Origin: Bacteroidales bacterium
Lineage (GTDB): Bacteria > Bacteroidota > Bacteroidia > Bacteroidales > UBA7960
Direction of reading: 5' to 3'
Length of the DNA stretch: 64,000 bases
NCBI GenBank assembly: GCA_003559855.1
Contig: PWJZ01000047.1
Span: forward strand, 32,876 to 96,875
Below are positions 40,063-50,283 of the stretch, one piece after another. The notes below the pieces were generated by a model. That model made no database searches. It saw only the letters and a program-made list of their open reading frames with translations, and had not been told where the DNA came from. Within the stretch, counting starts at the first letter, position 1. Each line of letters starts with the position of its first letter. The translations under genes and the position numbers were made by a program.

Positions 40063-40477
40063 TTACCTGAATTATTCTTAGCACAGCGCTTGTATTGAAC
40101 AAAGCGAAATAGCTCCAAGACCAAAGTGCAGATTATCAGTTCTATTTGCTTCCTGGTGTCTTTGGGTTTTCTATATAACTAATTGCAACACGCTGGATTT
40201 TAATGGCCTGGTAATATAAGAGTTTTTAAATAATTATGGATCCCACGCAAAGCCGCAATGTCGCAAAAAATAAATATCTATAAAAGCCGGCGCGAAACAC
40301 TGAGTTCATTATTAATATAATGAGTTGTGCTAAGATAGCTGAATTTTAAGTACGCAAAGAAAAAAATCATTTATGATTTTTTTCCTTAACGCCTTTGCGG
40401 CTTGGCGTGAAAACTTTTTTCGCGCTTTATGCTAAAAACCTTCTTTTAAAAAACCAACCCCCAGTTTCAACACAAAT

Positions 40478-42355
40478 TCATTTTTTCAAAAAAATCAATA
40501 ACACCGAGATGTCTGCCGGAGAAATACCGCTTATACGGCTTGCCTGCCCGATATTCCGGGGCTTGATTTCCTGAAGTTTCTGCCGCGCTTCCAATGATAA
40601 ACCGCTCAAATTCATATAATCGAAATCTTTTTCCAACGAAAGATCCTCAAGTTTGCGTATCTTTTCGACCATCTCTTTTTCCTTCTTTATATATCCCTCA
40701 TATTTTATCTGAATTTCGGCCTCTTCCAATACGTCATATTTTGTATATTTCAAATCAAAGCTTTCAACAAAATCCCTGAAATCATTCAAAGTTTCGTATA
40801 ACTTGAAAATTGAAACCTGTGGTCTTTTTATCAGATCCCTCAAGCTGCATTTTATTTTCAATCTTGTACTGCCAGCCTCTTCCAGAATATCATCTATTAT
40901 TCTACCTTCCACCTTATTATTGGTAAGATATTCCATAATTCTGTCAATTGCGTTGATTTTTTTTCTTACGACATTAAATCTTGTTCTTGAACAAAATCCG
41001 ACATTATATCCTTTTTCTGTCAACCTCAGATCTGCATTGCTTTGCCTGAGCAACAGCCTGTATTCAGCCCTGCTTGTAAACATACGATAAGGCTCCATTG
41101 TTCCCTTTGTAACCAAATCATCTATAAGTACGCCTATATATGCTTCCGATCTTTTCAATATAAAAGGTTGAAGATCGTTAATTTTTCTGACAGAATTAAT
41201 ACCTGCCATCAATCCCTGGCATGCGGCTTCCTCATAACCGGTCGTTCCGTTTACCTGACCTGCAAAGAACAGATTTTCTATTTTCTTTGATTCGAGCGAA
41301 TAATTTAATTGTATTGGTGGAAAAAAATCATATTCTATTCCATAACCAGGCTTAATGATCCTTGCATTTTTCAATCCCTTTATTTTTCTTAATGCCTTGT
41401 ATTGAATATTTTCGGGCAGGCTCGACGAGAACCCGTTGATATAATATTCATAAGTATTCCATCCCTCAGGTTCGAGAAACAACTGATGTCTTTGGCGATC
41501 CTCAAATTTTACAAGCTTATCTTCTATTGAAGGGCAATAACGCGGACCCGTTCCTTTTATCATTCCCTGATACAATGGTGAATCCTTAAATCCCTTTTTT
41601 AAAATTTCATGTACGAGAGGATTTGTATACGTTAAAAAACAGCTTCTTTGTTTCTTCGGCCTTGCAGTATTCCTGAAAGAAAACCTGCCTGGATTATGAT
41701 CGCCTTTCTGCTCGTCCAATTGTGTAAAATCAATACTTCTTCCGTCAATCCTCACTGATGTACCGGTTTTTAATTTTTCTGATTCGATCTCGTATTTCTT
41801 TATTGATTCTGATAATCCTTTTGATGCTTTTTCTCCCAGTCGACCGCTTTCAAACCAGTTTTTACCGATAAATATTCTTGCGTTTAAAAAAGTACCGCTT
41901 GTTATTATACAACAATGCGCTTTAATTTCAATTCCAAGCTTTGTTTTAACAGAATAAAATTTGTCATTTTTAACCTTTATTTCTTCAACGGTATCCTGCC
42001 ATAAATGGATGTTTTCAACTGATTCGATAATTTGCCGCCATTTTCTAGTAAACTCAAGCCGGTCGATTTGTGCTCTGGGGCTCCACATTGCCGGCCCTTT
42101 GCTACGGTTCAACATTCTGAATTGAATTGTAGTATAATCGGATACAATACCCGACATACCGCCGAGTGCATCAATTTCACGCAATATCTGTCCCTTTGCT
42201 ATGCCGCCCATTGCAGGATTGCAAGACATAAATGCAAGGTTTTCAAGGCTCATTGAAATCAATAAAACTTTACCGCCCAATTTCCCGGCAGCTATTGCAG
42301 CCTCACATCCTGCATGACCCCCGCCAACAACGATAATGTCATATTTCTCAAACAT
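40478..42355 (-). CDS. mnmG: tRNA uridine 5-carboxymethylaminomethyl modification enzyme MnmG
   Basis: YDIIVVGGGHAGCEAA FAD-binding N-terminus, about 625 aa. I prefer ATG 42355 (MFEKYD...) over the TTG at 42373 used by the track. Confidence 0.95.
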   Translation of the reverse strand: MFEKYDIIVVGGGHAGCEAAIAAGKLGGKVLLISMSLENLAFMSCNPAMGGIAKGQILREIDALGGMSGIVSDYTTIQFRMLNRSKGPAMWSPRAQIDRLEFTRKWRQIIESVENIHLWQDTVEEIKVKNDKFYSVKTKLGIEIKAHCCIITSGTFLNARIFIGKNWFESGRLGEKASKGLSESIKKYEIESEKLKTGTSVRIDGRSIDFTQLDEQKGDHNPGRFSFRNTARPKKQRSCFLTYTNPLVHEILKKGFKDSPLYQGMIKGTGPRYCPSIEDKLVKFEDRQRHQLFLEPEGWNTYEYYINGFSSSLPENIQYKALRKIKGLKNARIIKPGYGIEYDFFPPIQLNYSLESKKIENLFFAGQVNGTTGYEEAACQGLMAGINSVRKINDLQPFILKRSEAYIGVLIDDLVTKGTMEPYRMFTSRAEYRLLLRQSNADLRLTEKGYNVGFCSRTRFNVVRKKINAIDRIMEYLTNNKVEGRIIDDILEEAGSTRLKIKCSLRDLIKRPQVSIFKLYETLNDFRDFVESFDLKYTKYDVLEEAEIQIKYEGYIKKEKEMVEKIRKLEDLSLEKDFDYMNLSGLSLEARQKLQEIKPRNIGQASRISGISPADISVLLIFLKK

Positions 42356-42377
42356 TTTCCTGATATTATTCAATTAA

Positions 42378-42399
42378 ATTGTTTCACGTGAAACATTTT
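42378..42399 (-). promoter_or_regulatory. conserved 22-nt element with perfect 16-bp palindrome TGTTTCACGTGAAACA (copy 2)
   Basis: Identical 22-mer located 22 nt upstream of the mnmG ATG at 42355. Confidence 0.45.
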
Positions 42400-42626
42400 A
42401 CCCTTAATTAAAATACACTTACTATTTATAATGGGCTTTATAAAACGTGAATTGCCACACCCGACCATTACCTCTTCGATACGATATCATGATTTCACTC
42501 ATTTAAAGTCTCATATTACAATACATTCAGCCAGCGGAATTCGTATTTGATATACTGCAGGGAATATTCTATTATAGTTTTACTGTTATTATTTGATCAG
42601 TTGAATTATAGTGGAATCATCGCCTA

Positions 42627-43067
42627 CTATAAGCAGCAGTATTTTTCAATATAAAGATCTTCTTTCTCTTTCATTTTCTTTTTGTGATCTTCGGTTTTAT
42701 CATCATATTCGAGCAAATGCAATATACCATGTGAAATAACTCTTTGCATCTCTCTTTCAAAAGTCTCACCTAATTCTATTGCATTATCCCTTACCCTGTG
42801 CACGCTGATGAAAATATCGCCACTGACCCTATCATCTTCATTTTTGCTGTACTCAAATGCTATAACATCAGTATAATGACTTTCTTTCAAATATTTTTCA
42901 TTTAATTTCCGCAACACATAATCATTTGTAAAAATCAGATTCAAAAAACCGGGAACCGATCCTTCAGATTTTATAATCATCCTGATCCATTCCCGGTATT
43001 TTTTTTCTTCGAAGCTGAACTTATCAACTTTTTCAAAAAAAAATAAAATCTCCCCGTCTTTATTCAA
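42627..43067 (-). CDS. ybeY: rRNA maturation endoribonuclease YbeY
   Basis: 146 aa; HGILHLLEYDD metal-binding region in the expected position. Confidence 0.88.
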   Translation of the reverse strand: MNKDGEILFFFEKVDKFSFEEKKYREWIRMIIKSEGSVPGFLNLIFTNDYVLRKLNEKYLKESHYTDVIAFEYSKNEDDRVSGDIFISVHRVRDNAIELGETFEREMQRVISHGILHLLEYDDKTEDHKKKMKEKEDLYIEKYCCL

Positions 43068-43069
43068 TA

Positions 43070-43558
43070 TTATACCTTTTTTTTGACACTGATTTTCTCA
43101 AAATATTCATCCAACAGCTTATCTCTTTCTACAGTTTTGTCATAATTAATACTTGAGATGTAAAATGTTATCACGCAGTTTTTACCACTGTTTGAAATTA
43201 TAAACTCATCACTTAAATATTTAATTATTAAATATTTTTTTTTATTTTCATAATCATCCTTTTCGAATGTTTCTTCAAGATATTTATTATTAAATATTTC
43301 TATCGGACTTTTTATTTCAAAATTAAGACCGTTTTTGGCGGAGCTAAAAGCTATCTTAATTTCCCTTTTATCTAATTTTCCTTTAATGATATGGTCGATT
43401 ATTATTTCGCAACACCCCACCAATGCGGTTAATATATTTCCGAAATAGGAATTAAAAATATTGTATTCATCGCATATTTGTTCTACAAAATTTTCTATTT
43501 TGCTTATTTCTTCATATTCTGATCTTATAACTATTTGCTTACTTTTTCCAACCATCAT
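43070..43558 (-). CDS. hypothetical protein, weak resemblance to RsbW/SpoIIAB-type anti-sigma ATPase N-region
   Basis: 162 aa. The pattern I..S....I..IENFVEQI....N.....GNILTAL resembles the start of HATPase-type anti-sigma factors, but I cannot find an N-box Asn or G-boxes. A 4-nt ATGA overlap with the upstream gene and a 2-nt gap to ybeY indicate an operon. Confidence 0.4.
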   Translation of the reverse strand: MMVGKSKQIVIRSEYEEISKIENFVEQICDEYNIFNSYFGNILTALVGCCEIIIDHIIKGKLDKREIKIAFSSAKNGLNFEIKSPIEIFNNKYLEETFEKDDYENKKKYLIIKYLSDEFIISNSGKNCVITFYISSINYDKTVERDKLLDEYFEKISVKKKV

Positions 43559-46500
43559 TCTCTAAACTTTATAAAATATGTTTCAATTAAATTATTATAA
43601 AAGCGGTTAAATTCCATTTGTTGCATTTTGAGCATCTCGATTTGTTTTTCTTTTAATCTATTATACTCAAAAATATCTTCAGGGTTACTTAATTCATAAA
43701 ATTCTGGTATTTCCCCTACTCTTTCATCTTCAAAGTCGCGTTTCATAAGAGCTCTATCATGTTCAAGCAATCTTGTAAGAATTCTTTCCTGCCTCAGGAT
43801 AGTTTGCCTTGTAATGTTTCTTGTAACAATATCCAATTCGGTACGTTCCATATCACGTTGTATTTGTTCCAGCTCCCGGGTACTAAAATCGAGCTCTTTT
43901 CTCAGTTCTTCAGTCAATTCACGCAGTTTGTTCCTGACATCTTCCTGTTGCATGCTCATTCTTGCAAGCTGTTCGCTTAATGTAGTTTCTTCACCGGTTT
44001 CTCCGGGTACAGGCTGATGCCCTTCTCTCATCTCCTGCAACATCTCATTTACTGCTTCCTGCATATCTATAATATCCTGCATAGATTGCTGCATTCCCTG
44101 TCCGTTATCCATTGGCTGCCCGAATCCTTCCTGCATTGCAAGCTGCATCTGCATATTTTGAAGACTTTCATTCAACATCAGCGCAAGATTGTTAACATGT
44201 GTCATAACAAATTGCTGACGGCTTGCTGCTGCATGCCTGCGGCGATTTATCATATCTTTGATTGCCTTTTCTATATTCATATTTATTCCGGCAATCTCAC
44301 GATTTATATATGACTCTATTTGAACCTGCCTCTTGCTCAAGGCTGTCAATGAATCTTCAATAACTCTCAAATCATCAAAAATCTTCCTCTGATCCTGTAT
44401 CATTTCAACATACCGCGGATCGTTTATGTTTACACTCCTTACCTCTTTCATCAAATCTTCCTGATTAAATGAAGTTTTCAATAAATTCTGTAATAATTGC
44501 CTCAATAATCGGGCATCTTCTGCCAACTCCTGCTGAAACAACGTGCTTTGAAAATTCTGCAACATCTGTGATAGCTGATCCATCCCTTCTACAGTGCTGT
44601 TTTGATGTTTCAAGGTGTTTTCATGATCCCGGTTAAGCATCTCTTCCAACGCTCTCCTCAAATCATAGTCAATATTGTGCTGAACATCTCGTGTATCCGG
44701 AATATTTTGAGGTCTTTTTAACTGCCTGTTCTTTTCTTCCAATTTCTCCAGTAACTCCGACAGGCCATCAAAACTCTCCTTTATATCTTTTTGTTCCTCA
44801 AATAATGACTCGTCCAATTCAGCCTTTTGGTCAACATCCTCCATCAGTTCCTGCTGCTCCTCTTTTAATCTTTCTGCTCGTTCTATACTTTCCTGCAATA
44901 TATTTTCAAATTCCAGCATTTTAAACAATTCCAAAACCCTGTCAAGCTGATCATGAAAATGGCTGAATTCAAAATCCATTTTTTCGAGATATTCATACAT
45001 CTCATCACGTCCGAGCTTTTCGAGTTCCTCGGCGATCTTTTCAAATAATTCTTTCAACTCATCCGATACAGCCTCATCAAATATTCTCTGAATCTCTTCC
45101 TGTTTCTTCTTAATACTTTCTGATTTTTCCCTTAATTGCTCATATTTGAACTCACTTTCCTTCTTCTTTTCAGAAAGTTCATCCATTCTTTCTTTCATCT
45201 TCTCATACCTTTCTGCCAACTCCCTGAAAGCTTCCTTCTCTTCCCATCCTATATCATCCCTTTCCAAAAGTTTTTTCCTCAAATCATCAATATCATCACG
45301 CGTACGGCTTACTTCCGTAATATTCGTTCCAATATCTTCTCCTATTTCCTCATACTCTTTTATTGCACTTTCTGCTATCTCATCATATCCCGGTACCTGG
45401 TATGAAAATTTTCTGCTACTTGTTTTTTTCGGCCCGTTAATTGCATCATTATCCCAAACAGCAAAATAATATTCAACAACATTCCCCGGTAAAACATCAG
45501 CTAAATTCAAGTCAAAATGATACATGAACGTTTGATTAGTAGCATTTTCATCTATATCAATATTATCTGTCTTGAATTTTGTTTTTTGATTTTCCATACC
45601 GTCAATTACACGATACTTGAATTTAAGCTGTTCGAATCCGTAATCATCCCTTATTTGACCCGAAAAGAACCTGTGTGCAATTAGCACCGAATCTTCATAC
45701 TGGCTGACGGCAATTTCAGGATATCTATCAGGTATTGCATTTACGGAATATTTTAAAGAATCACCTCTGTCGGTATATTCGTTTCCTGTAGATACCTTAT
45801 AAGCAATTGATTCATTTATCACCTTGCTGAATTCAAAAATACCGGGTTCTTTTTCACCCATATATTTTTTTACATTGTCGGTAACAATTATAACGCTGTC
45901 GGCAAAACGTGTATTGAACCTCATATTTATTTCTGATCCGGCAGCAACGCTTATATCGCCATAATTCCTGTATGTTTTATCTTCTATTCCGGTATAGTCA
46001 GGACTTGATACCACGATTACGAAATTGTTTATAACCGGTTTTGGTACAACATCGAGTTCATACGGTCCGAATTGAAAGCCTCCGGCAGTTATAATAAATT
46101 GCTTTTTTTTCTGAATGTTCCTGAAAACATAATTGAATTTTCCGGCTCTTTCCGGATTTGTCAGATATTCAACATTATCGTAATTTATCATTACCTTTTG
46201 AGGTAAAACGTTTCCTTCTATCTCCATTTTCAGTTTAAAATCATCATTTTGGAAAGCGGTTAAGTTTTCATTCGTAATATATACACTGAAAGGAGCTGCA
46301 CGTTCGAATGGTGTTCTATACTGAACAATCCTTTTTGCGGGTTCATATACGACAAATGGAGAGAAAATTACAAGGAATGTAATAATGAATGCAGGAACAA
46401 CAGCCCAAAACAGATACTTTAAATTTTCATTATACCTGATTACATTTTCGAATTGTACGTTGATAAGCTTTTCTGATTTTTGATTTATCCCGGCTATAAG

Positions 46501-46887
46501 CAGATCAACATTCTTACCATCCTTTTCCAGAAACTTGTGCAATTGAATTACGTTAACGATCTTATCATCAACAATTCCCCTGAAATGTCTTCCTACCAAC
46601 CTTGCAGCTTCCTCATTATCAAGAACCTTTCCTATTTTGAACAGTTTTAACAACGGGTTCAGTATATATTTTATAAGCAGATAAATGTTAGCACAAATAA
46701 AGGTGTAAAACAATATACCCCTTACCGCAGTGGAAAAATATCCGTAATATTCAAGCAATATCCACAATAGAAACACGATACCGGTTATTGCAGCAAAATA
46801 AATTACCCCACGTATTATAAGATTTTTATAATACCTCTTTATAAATTTATCAAGTTTATGAAGTAATAAATTGAACTTTGAAACCAT
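43555..46887 (-). CDS. large membrane-anchored coiled-coil protein (DUF4175-like)
   Basis: 1110 aa. It has two or three N-terminal TM helices, a roughly 350-aa beta-rich middle, and about 600 aa of E/K/R/Q/M-rich predicted coiled coil. The family name is from memory of Bacteroidota annotations. Confidence 0.55.
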   Translation of the reverse strand: MVSKFNLLLHKLDKFIKRYYKNLIIRGVIYFAAITGIVFLLWILLEYYGYFSTAVRGILFYTFICANIYLLIKYILNPLLKLFKIGKVLDNEEAARLVGRHFRGIVDDKIVNVIQLHKFLEKDGKNVDLLIAGINQKSEKLINVQFENVIRYNENLKYLFWAVVPAFIITFLVIFSPFVVYEPAKRIVQYRTPFERAAPFSVYITNENLTAFQNDDFKLKMEIEGNVLPQKVMINYDNVEYLTNPERAGKFNYVFRNIQKKKQFIITAGGFQFGPYELDVVPKPVINNFVIVVSSPDYTGIEDKTYRNYGDISVAAGSEINMRFNTRFADSVIIVTDNVKKYMGEKEPGIFEFSKVINESIAYKVSTGNEYTDRGDSLKYSVNAIPDRYPEIAVSQYEDSVLIAHRFFSGQIRDDYGFEQLKFKYRVIDGMENQKTKFKTDNIDIDENATNQTFMYHFDLNLADVLPGNVVEYYFAVWDNDAINGPKKTSSRKFSYQVPGYDEIAESAIKEYEEIGEDIGTNITEVSRTRDDIDDLRKKLLERDDIGWEEKEAFRELAERYEKMKERMDELSEKKKESEFKYEQLREKSESIKKKQEEIQRIFDEAVSDELKELFEKIAEELEKLGRDEMYEYLEKMDFEFSHFHDQLDRVLELFKMLEFENILQESIERAERLKEEQQELMEDVDQKAELDESLFEEQKDIKESFDGLSELLEKLEEKNRQLKRPQNIPDTRDVQHNIDYDLRRALEEMLNRDHENTLKHQNSTVEGMDQLSQMLQNFQSTLFQQELAEDARLLRQLLQNLLKTSFNQEDLMKEVRSVNINDPRYVEMIQDQRKIFDDLRVIEDSLTALSKRQVQIESYINREIAGINMNIEKAIKDMINRRRHAAASRQQFVMTHVNNLALMLNESLQNMQMQLAMQEGFGQPMDNGQGMQQSMQDIIDMQEAVNEMLQEMREGHQPVPGETGEETTLSEQLARMSMQQEDVRNKLRELTEELRKELDFSTRELEQIQRDMERTELDIVTRNITRQTILRQERILTRLLEHDRALMKRDFEDERVGEIPEFYELSNPEDIFEYNRLKEKQIEMLKMQQMEFNRFYNNLIETYFIKFRE

Positions 46888-47021
46888 ACTGATCTTTTTA
46901 TTCTGTAAATATATTAATTATATCCGAGCCACAAAAAAAATTATCAAATTTTATAACACCTCGGCTTATGATATTTCATACACATACTACTTTTTTAATT
47001 CTTTACCATTAATTAATTTAT

Positions 47022-47029
47022 TAAATTTG
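47022..47029 (+). promoter_or_regulatory. candidate sigma-A -7 box (TAAATTTG) upstream of rnr
   Basis: Exact TAnnTTTG match 27 nt upstream of the rnr ATG. Confidence 0.35.
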
Positions 47030-47056
47030 TATTTTTTGGAATCAATATCCTATTAA

Positions 47057-49201
47057 ATGTCAAAAAACAAAGAAAAAATTAAAAGTTCACTTTCAAACGA
47101 CATCCTGCAGCTTTTTTACAATAATCCGAAAGCCGGATACAATTATAAGCAAATTGTCAGGTCTTTGGGTGAACAAGGCTCAAAATACAAAAAATATATC
47201 ACCGGCATTCTTCATTCATTGGCAAAGCAGAACAAATTAATAGAATTCACTCCCGGCAAATACAAATTACATCCTCATCTTTTAAAGGAACGAAAAAAAA
47301 ATGCTCCTGTTATTACCGGCATAGTAGATATGAAACAAACCGGCAAAGCATATGTAATAACTGATGAATTTCCTGAAGATGTAAAGATCTCACCAAATAA
47401 TACCAATAATTCATTGCATGGTGACAAAGTGAAAGTTTTTCTTTTTCCCAAGCGCAAAAACCAGAAGACCGAGGGTGAAATAACCGAGGTTATCGAAAGG
47501 AAAAAAACAAAATTTTCGGGTATACTTGAAAAAGCCAACAAACATTCTTTTGTAATAGCCGACAGCAAATCAATGCCTTTCGATATTTATATACCTTTTG
47601 AAAACCTTAATAATGCAAAAAACGGTCAAAAGATAATTGCAGTAATTACTGACTGGCCCAAACATGCAAAAAACCCTTTCGGCAAAATTACAAAAGTATT
47701 AGGCGATCCGGGTGATAATGAAGTTGAAATAGCATCAATAATTTCTGATAATGATCTTTCGGTAGACTTTCCGGATAATGTTCTTGCCCAGTCAGCATCA
47801 ATCGCCTGCGATATAACGACACACAACCTTGACGAACGCGAAGATTTCAGAAATATTCTTACTTTTACCATAGATCCTTCTGACGCAAAAGATTTTGATG
47901 ATGCACTATCGATAAAAAAAATTTCTGACAACCTTTATGAAGCAGGTGTCCATATTGCCGATGTTTCTCATTACGTACACGCAAACACCGCTATTGACAA
48001 GGAAGCATTTAAGAGGGGTACATCTGTTTATCTCGTAGACAGAGTTATTCCTATGATACCGGAAATATTGTCGAACGATATTTGTTCACTTAAGCCCGAT
48101 TGCGACAGACTGACCTTTTCCATTATTTTCAACATAAATCTTACAGGCAACGTCACCAAGACAAGATTTACAAAATCGATTATTCGTTCCAACAAACGGT
48201 TTTCATACGACCAGGTGCAACAAATTATTGACGAGAAAAGCGGTAAATTTTTTGATGAAATAAATACCCTTAATACGATAGCAAAAAAACTTCGTGAAAA
48301 GCGAATAAAAAACGGTTCTATTCTTTTTGACAGGAAGGAGGTTAAATTCAATCTTGATAAAAACGGCAAACCTCTTTCAGTCTATTTCAGGGAGCAAAAA
48401 GATACACACAAACTTATCGAGGAGTTTATGTTGCTTGCCAATAAAGCAGTGGCAGAAAAAATTGGCAAAAGCAAAAAATATCAGAACAAACTTTTTGTAT
48501 ACAGGGTCCATGACATACCTAATCCCGAAAAACTTAATTCCTTTGCCGAATTTGTATCCAAATTAGGTTATAAGATAGATACGGTTCGCCGTAAAGGCAT
48601 TTCCGAGTCACTGAACCGGCTATTAAAAGATGTAGAAGGCAAAGGCGAACAAAATATTATAGAAACATTAACAATACGTACTATGGCAAAAGCCGAATAT
48701 TCAACCCTAAACATAGGTCATTACGGCCTGGCCTTTGATTATTACACGCATTTCACTTCACCCATACGCAGATATCCGGATTTAATGGTACACAGGTTAT
48801 TAAATTCGTACCTTTCGGATAGCAAAACACAATTTAATAAGGATGAATATGAATCCAAATGCATACATGTTTCCGAGCAGGAGCGCATAGCCCAGGAAGC
48901 CGAATGGGCATCGGTAAAATATAAGCAAGCAGAATTTTTAAGTGATAAAATAGGAGAAGTATTTGAAGGAATCATCTCAGGAGTCAGCAAATGGGGAATA
49001 TACGTCGAACTTACCGAAAATAAATGTGAAGGCATGGTGCCAATCAGATTGTTTGGCAGCGACTTTTTTTATCTTGATGATGACAATTTCCAGGTCATTG
49101 GATATAACACGGGCCAAAAATTCAAACTAGGCGACCCTATCCGCGTGTCAATACTAAAAGTAGATTTAATTAAAAAAGAAGTTGATCTTGAGCTTGCCTG
49201 A
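47057..49201 (+). CDS. rnr: ribonuclease R
   Basis: 714 aa. Cold-shock-like N-domains, RNB core (TIDPSDAKDFDDALS, HFTSPIRRYPDL) and a C-terminal S1 domain. Confidence 0.93.
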   Translation: MSKNKEKIKSSLSNDILQLFYNNPKAGYNYKQIVRSLGEQGSKYKKYITGILHSLAKQNKLIEFTPGKYKLHPHLLKERKKNAPVITGIVDMKQTGKAYVITDEFPEDVKISPNNTNNSLHGDKVKVFLFPKRKNQKTEGEITEVIERKKTKFSGILEKANKHSFVIADSKSMPFDIYIPFENLNNAKNGQKIIAVITDWPKHAKNPFGKITKVLGDPGDNEVEIASIISDNDLSVDFPDNVLAQSASIACDITTHNLDEREDFRNILTFTIDPSDAKDFDDALSIKKISDNLYEAGVHIADVSHYVHANTAIDKEAFKRGTSVYLVDRVIPMIPEILSNDICSLKPDCDRLTFSIIFNINLTGNVTKTRFTKSIIRSNKRFSYDQVQQIIDEKSGKFFDEINTLNTIAKKLREKRIKNGSILFDRKEVKFNLDKNGKPLSVYFREQKDTHKLIEEFMLLANKAVAEKIGKSKKYQNKLFVYRVHDIPNPEKLNSFAEFVSKLGYKIDTVRRKGISESLNRLLKDVEGKGEQNIIETLTIRTMAKAEYSTLNIGHYGLAFDYYTHFTSPIRRYPDLMVHRLLNSYLSDSKTQFNKDEYESKCIHVSEQERIAQEAEWASVKYKQAEFLSDKIGEVFEGIISGVSKWGIYVELTENKCEGMVPIRLFGSDFFYLDDDNFQVIGYNTGQKFKLGDPIRVSILKVDLIKKEVDLELA

Positions 49202-49304
49202 TATTTTTCATTCATATCCGGTCTTTGCTGCTAACCATACGGAAACAACAAACATACTCGGCCATCCGAGCCATCAGTCGGAGTATGGCTTAGCCGGAAA
49301 TTCT

Positions 49305-50057
49305 TTAAATCATATTTAACCTGCTATACAGCTCTTTCCGGTACAAACCTCCAATAGGCAAAACTTTCATCTTGTCTTCTATTACAAGGTCAGGATATTT
49401 TATTGAATATATCTTATTTATATTCACAATAAAGGAACGGTGTATTCGTACAAAATCTTTTTTAGGCAATATTCTAACCATTTCTTTCATGGTAGTGTGA
49501 GTGGTGTAGCTATTGTCCGATGTGTTGATAACAACATAATCTTTCAATGCTTCTACGTAATATATGTCACTGAATTTTATCTTATTTAGCCTGTAATCAG
49601 CTCTGACAAATATGGAATCCTGTGTTTCTTTATTTTCGATAATTGAACTGTATAAATTTCTTTCTTTTCTTACCTCTTCGTCCTTCTCATATTTATAAAC
49701 AGTCATTTTTATTGTGGTTTGCAACTCCTTTTCCTTAAAAGGTTTGATTATATAACCATAAGGTTCGGTAATCTTCGCCTTTTCCAATGTATTATCATCG
49801 GCATATGCCGTAAGAAATATGACCGGAATCTTGTACTTTTCACGTATTTTTTCCGCACATTCAATACCCGTCATTTTACCTTTCAACATTATATCCATCA
49901 AAACAACATCAGGCCTGTCATCTTTAACCTCTTCAAGAGCTTTTTCTCCTGTAGCAACAGTAGCAGTAACATTGTAATCTAGTTTTTTCAGTGTATTCAT
50001 GATATCTTTCGCAACAATGCTTTCATCTTCTACTACCAGAATTTTTATTTTTGTCAT
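49305..50057 (-). CDS. LytTR-family DNA-binding response regulator
   Basis: Receiver domain (ILVVEDE, DVVLMDI, K at ...IKPF) plus a C-terminal LytTR domain (YVEALKDYVVI...RIHRSFIVN). Confidence 0.9.
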   Translation of the reverse strand: MTKIKILVVEDESIVAKDIMNTLKKLDYNVTATVATGEKALEEVKDDRPDVVLMDIMLKGKMTGIECAEKIREKYKIPVIFLTAYADDNTLEKAKITEPYGYIIKPFKEKELQTTIKMTVYKYEKDEEVRKERNLYSSIIENKETQDSIFVRADYRLNKIKFSDIYYVEALKDYVVINTSDNSYTTHTTMKEMVRILPKKDFVRIHRSFIVNINKIYSIKYPDLVIEDKMKVLPIGGLYRKELYSRLNMI

Positions 50058-50283
50058 TTTTTTTTAATTAAATTTTAAAATTTTTTTTTGCTTTTATACC
50101 ACTTCAGCCAAATTTAATTTATTTTTCGAAAATAAAAATATTTTTTCTGTTTTTTTTTCAACTTAAATATTATAAAAAATCAATATCTGCGTTGTTTTCC
50201 GATTATTATTCTTTTAAATACCAAAATGTTTAGTTATAAATTGTTTATTTTTTTTTCAATAAAACTTTGTTTTTTCTATCGTT

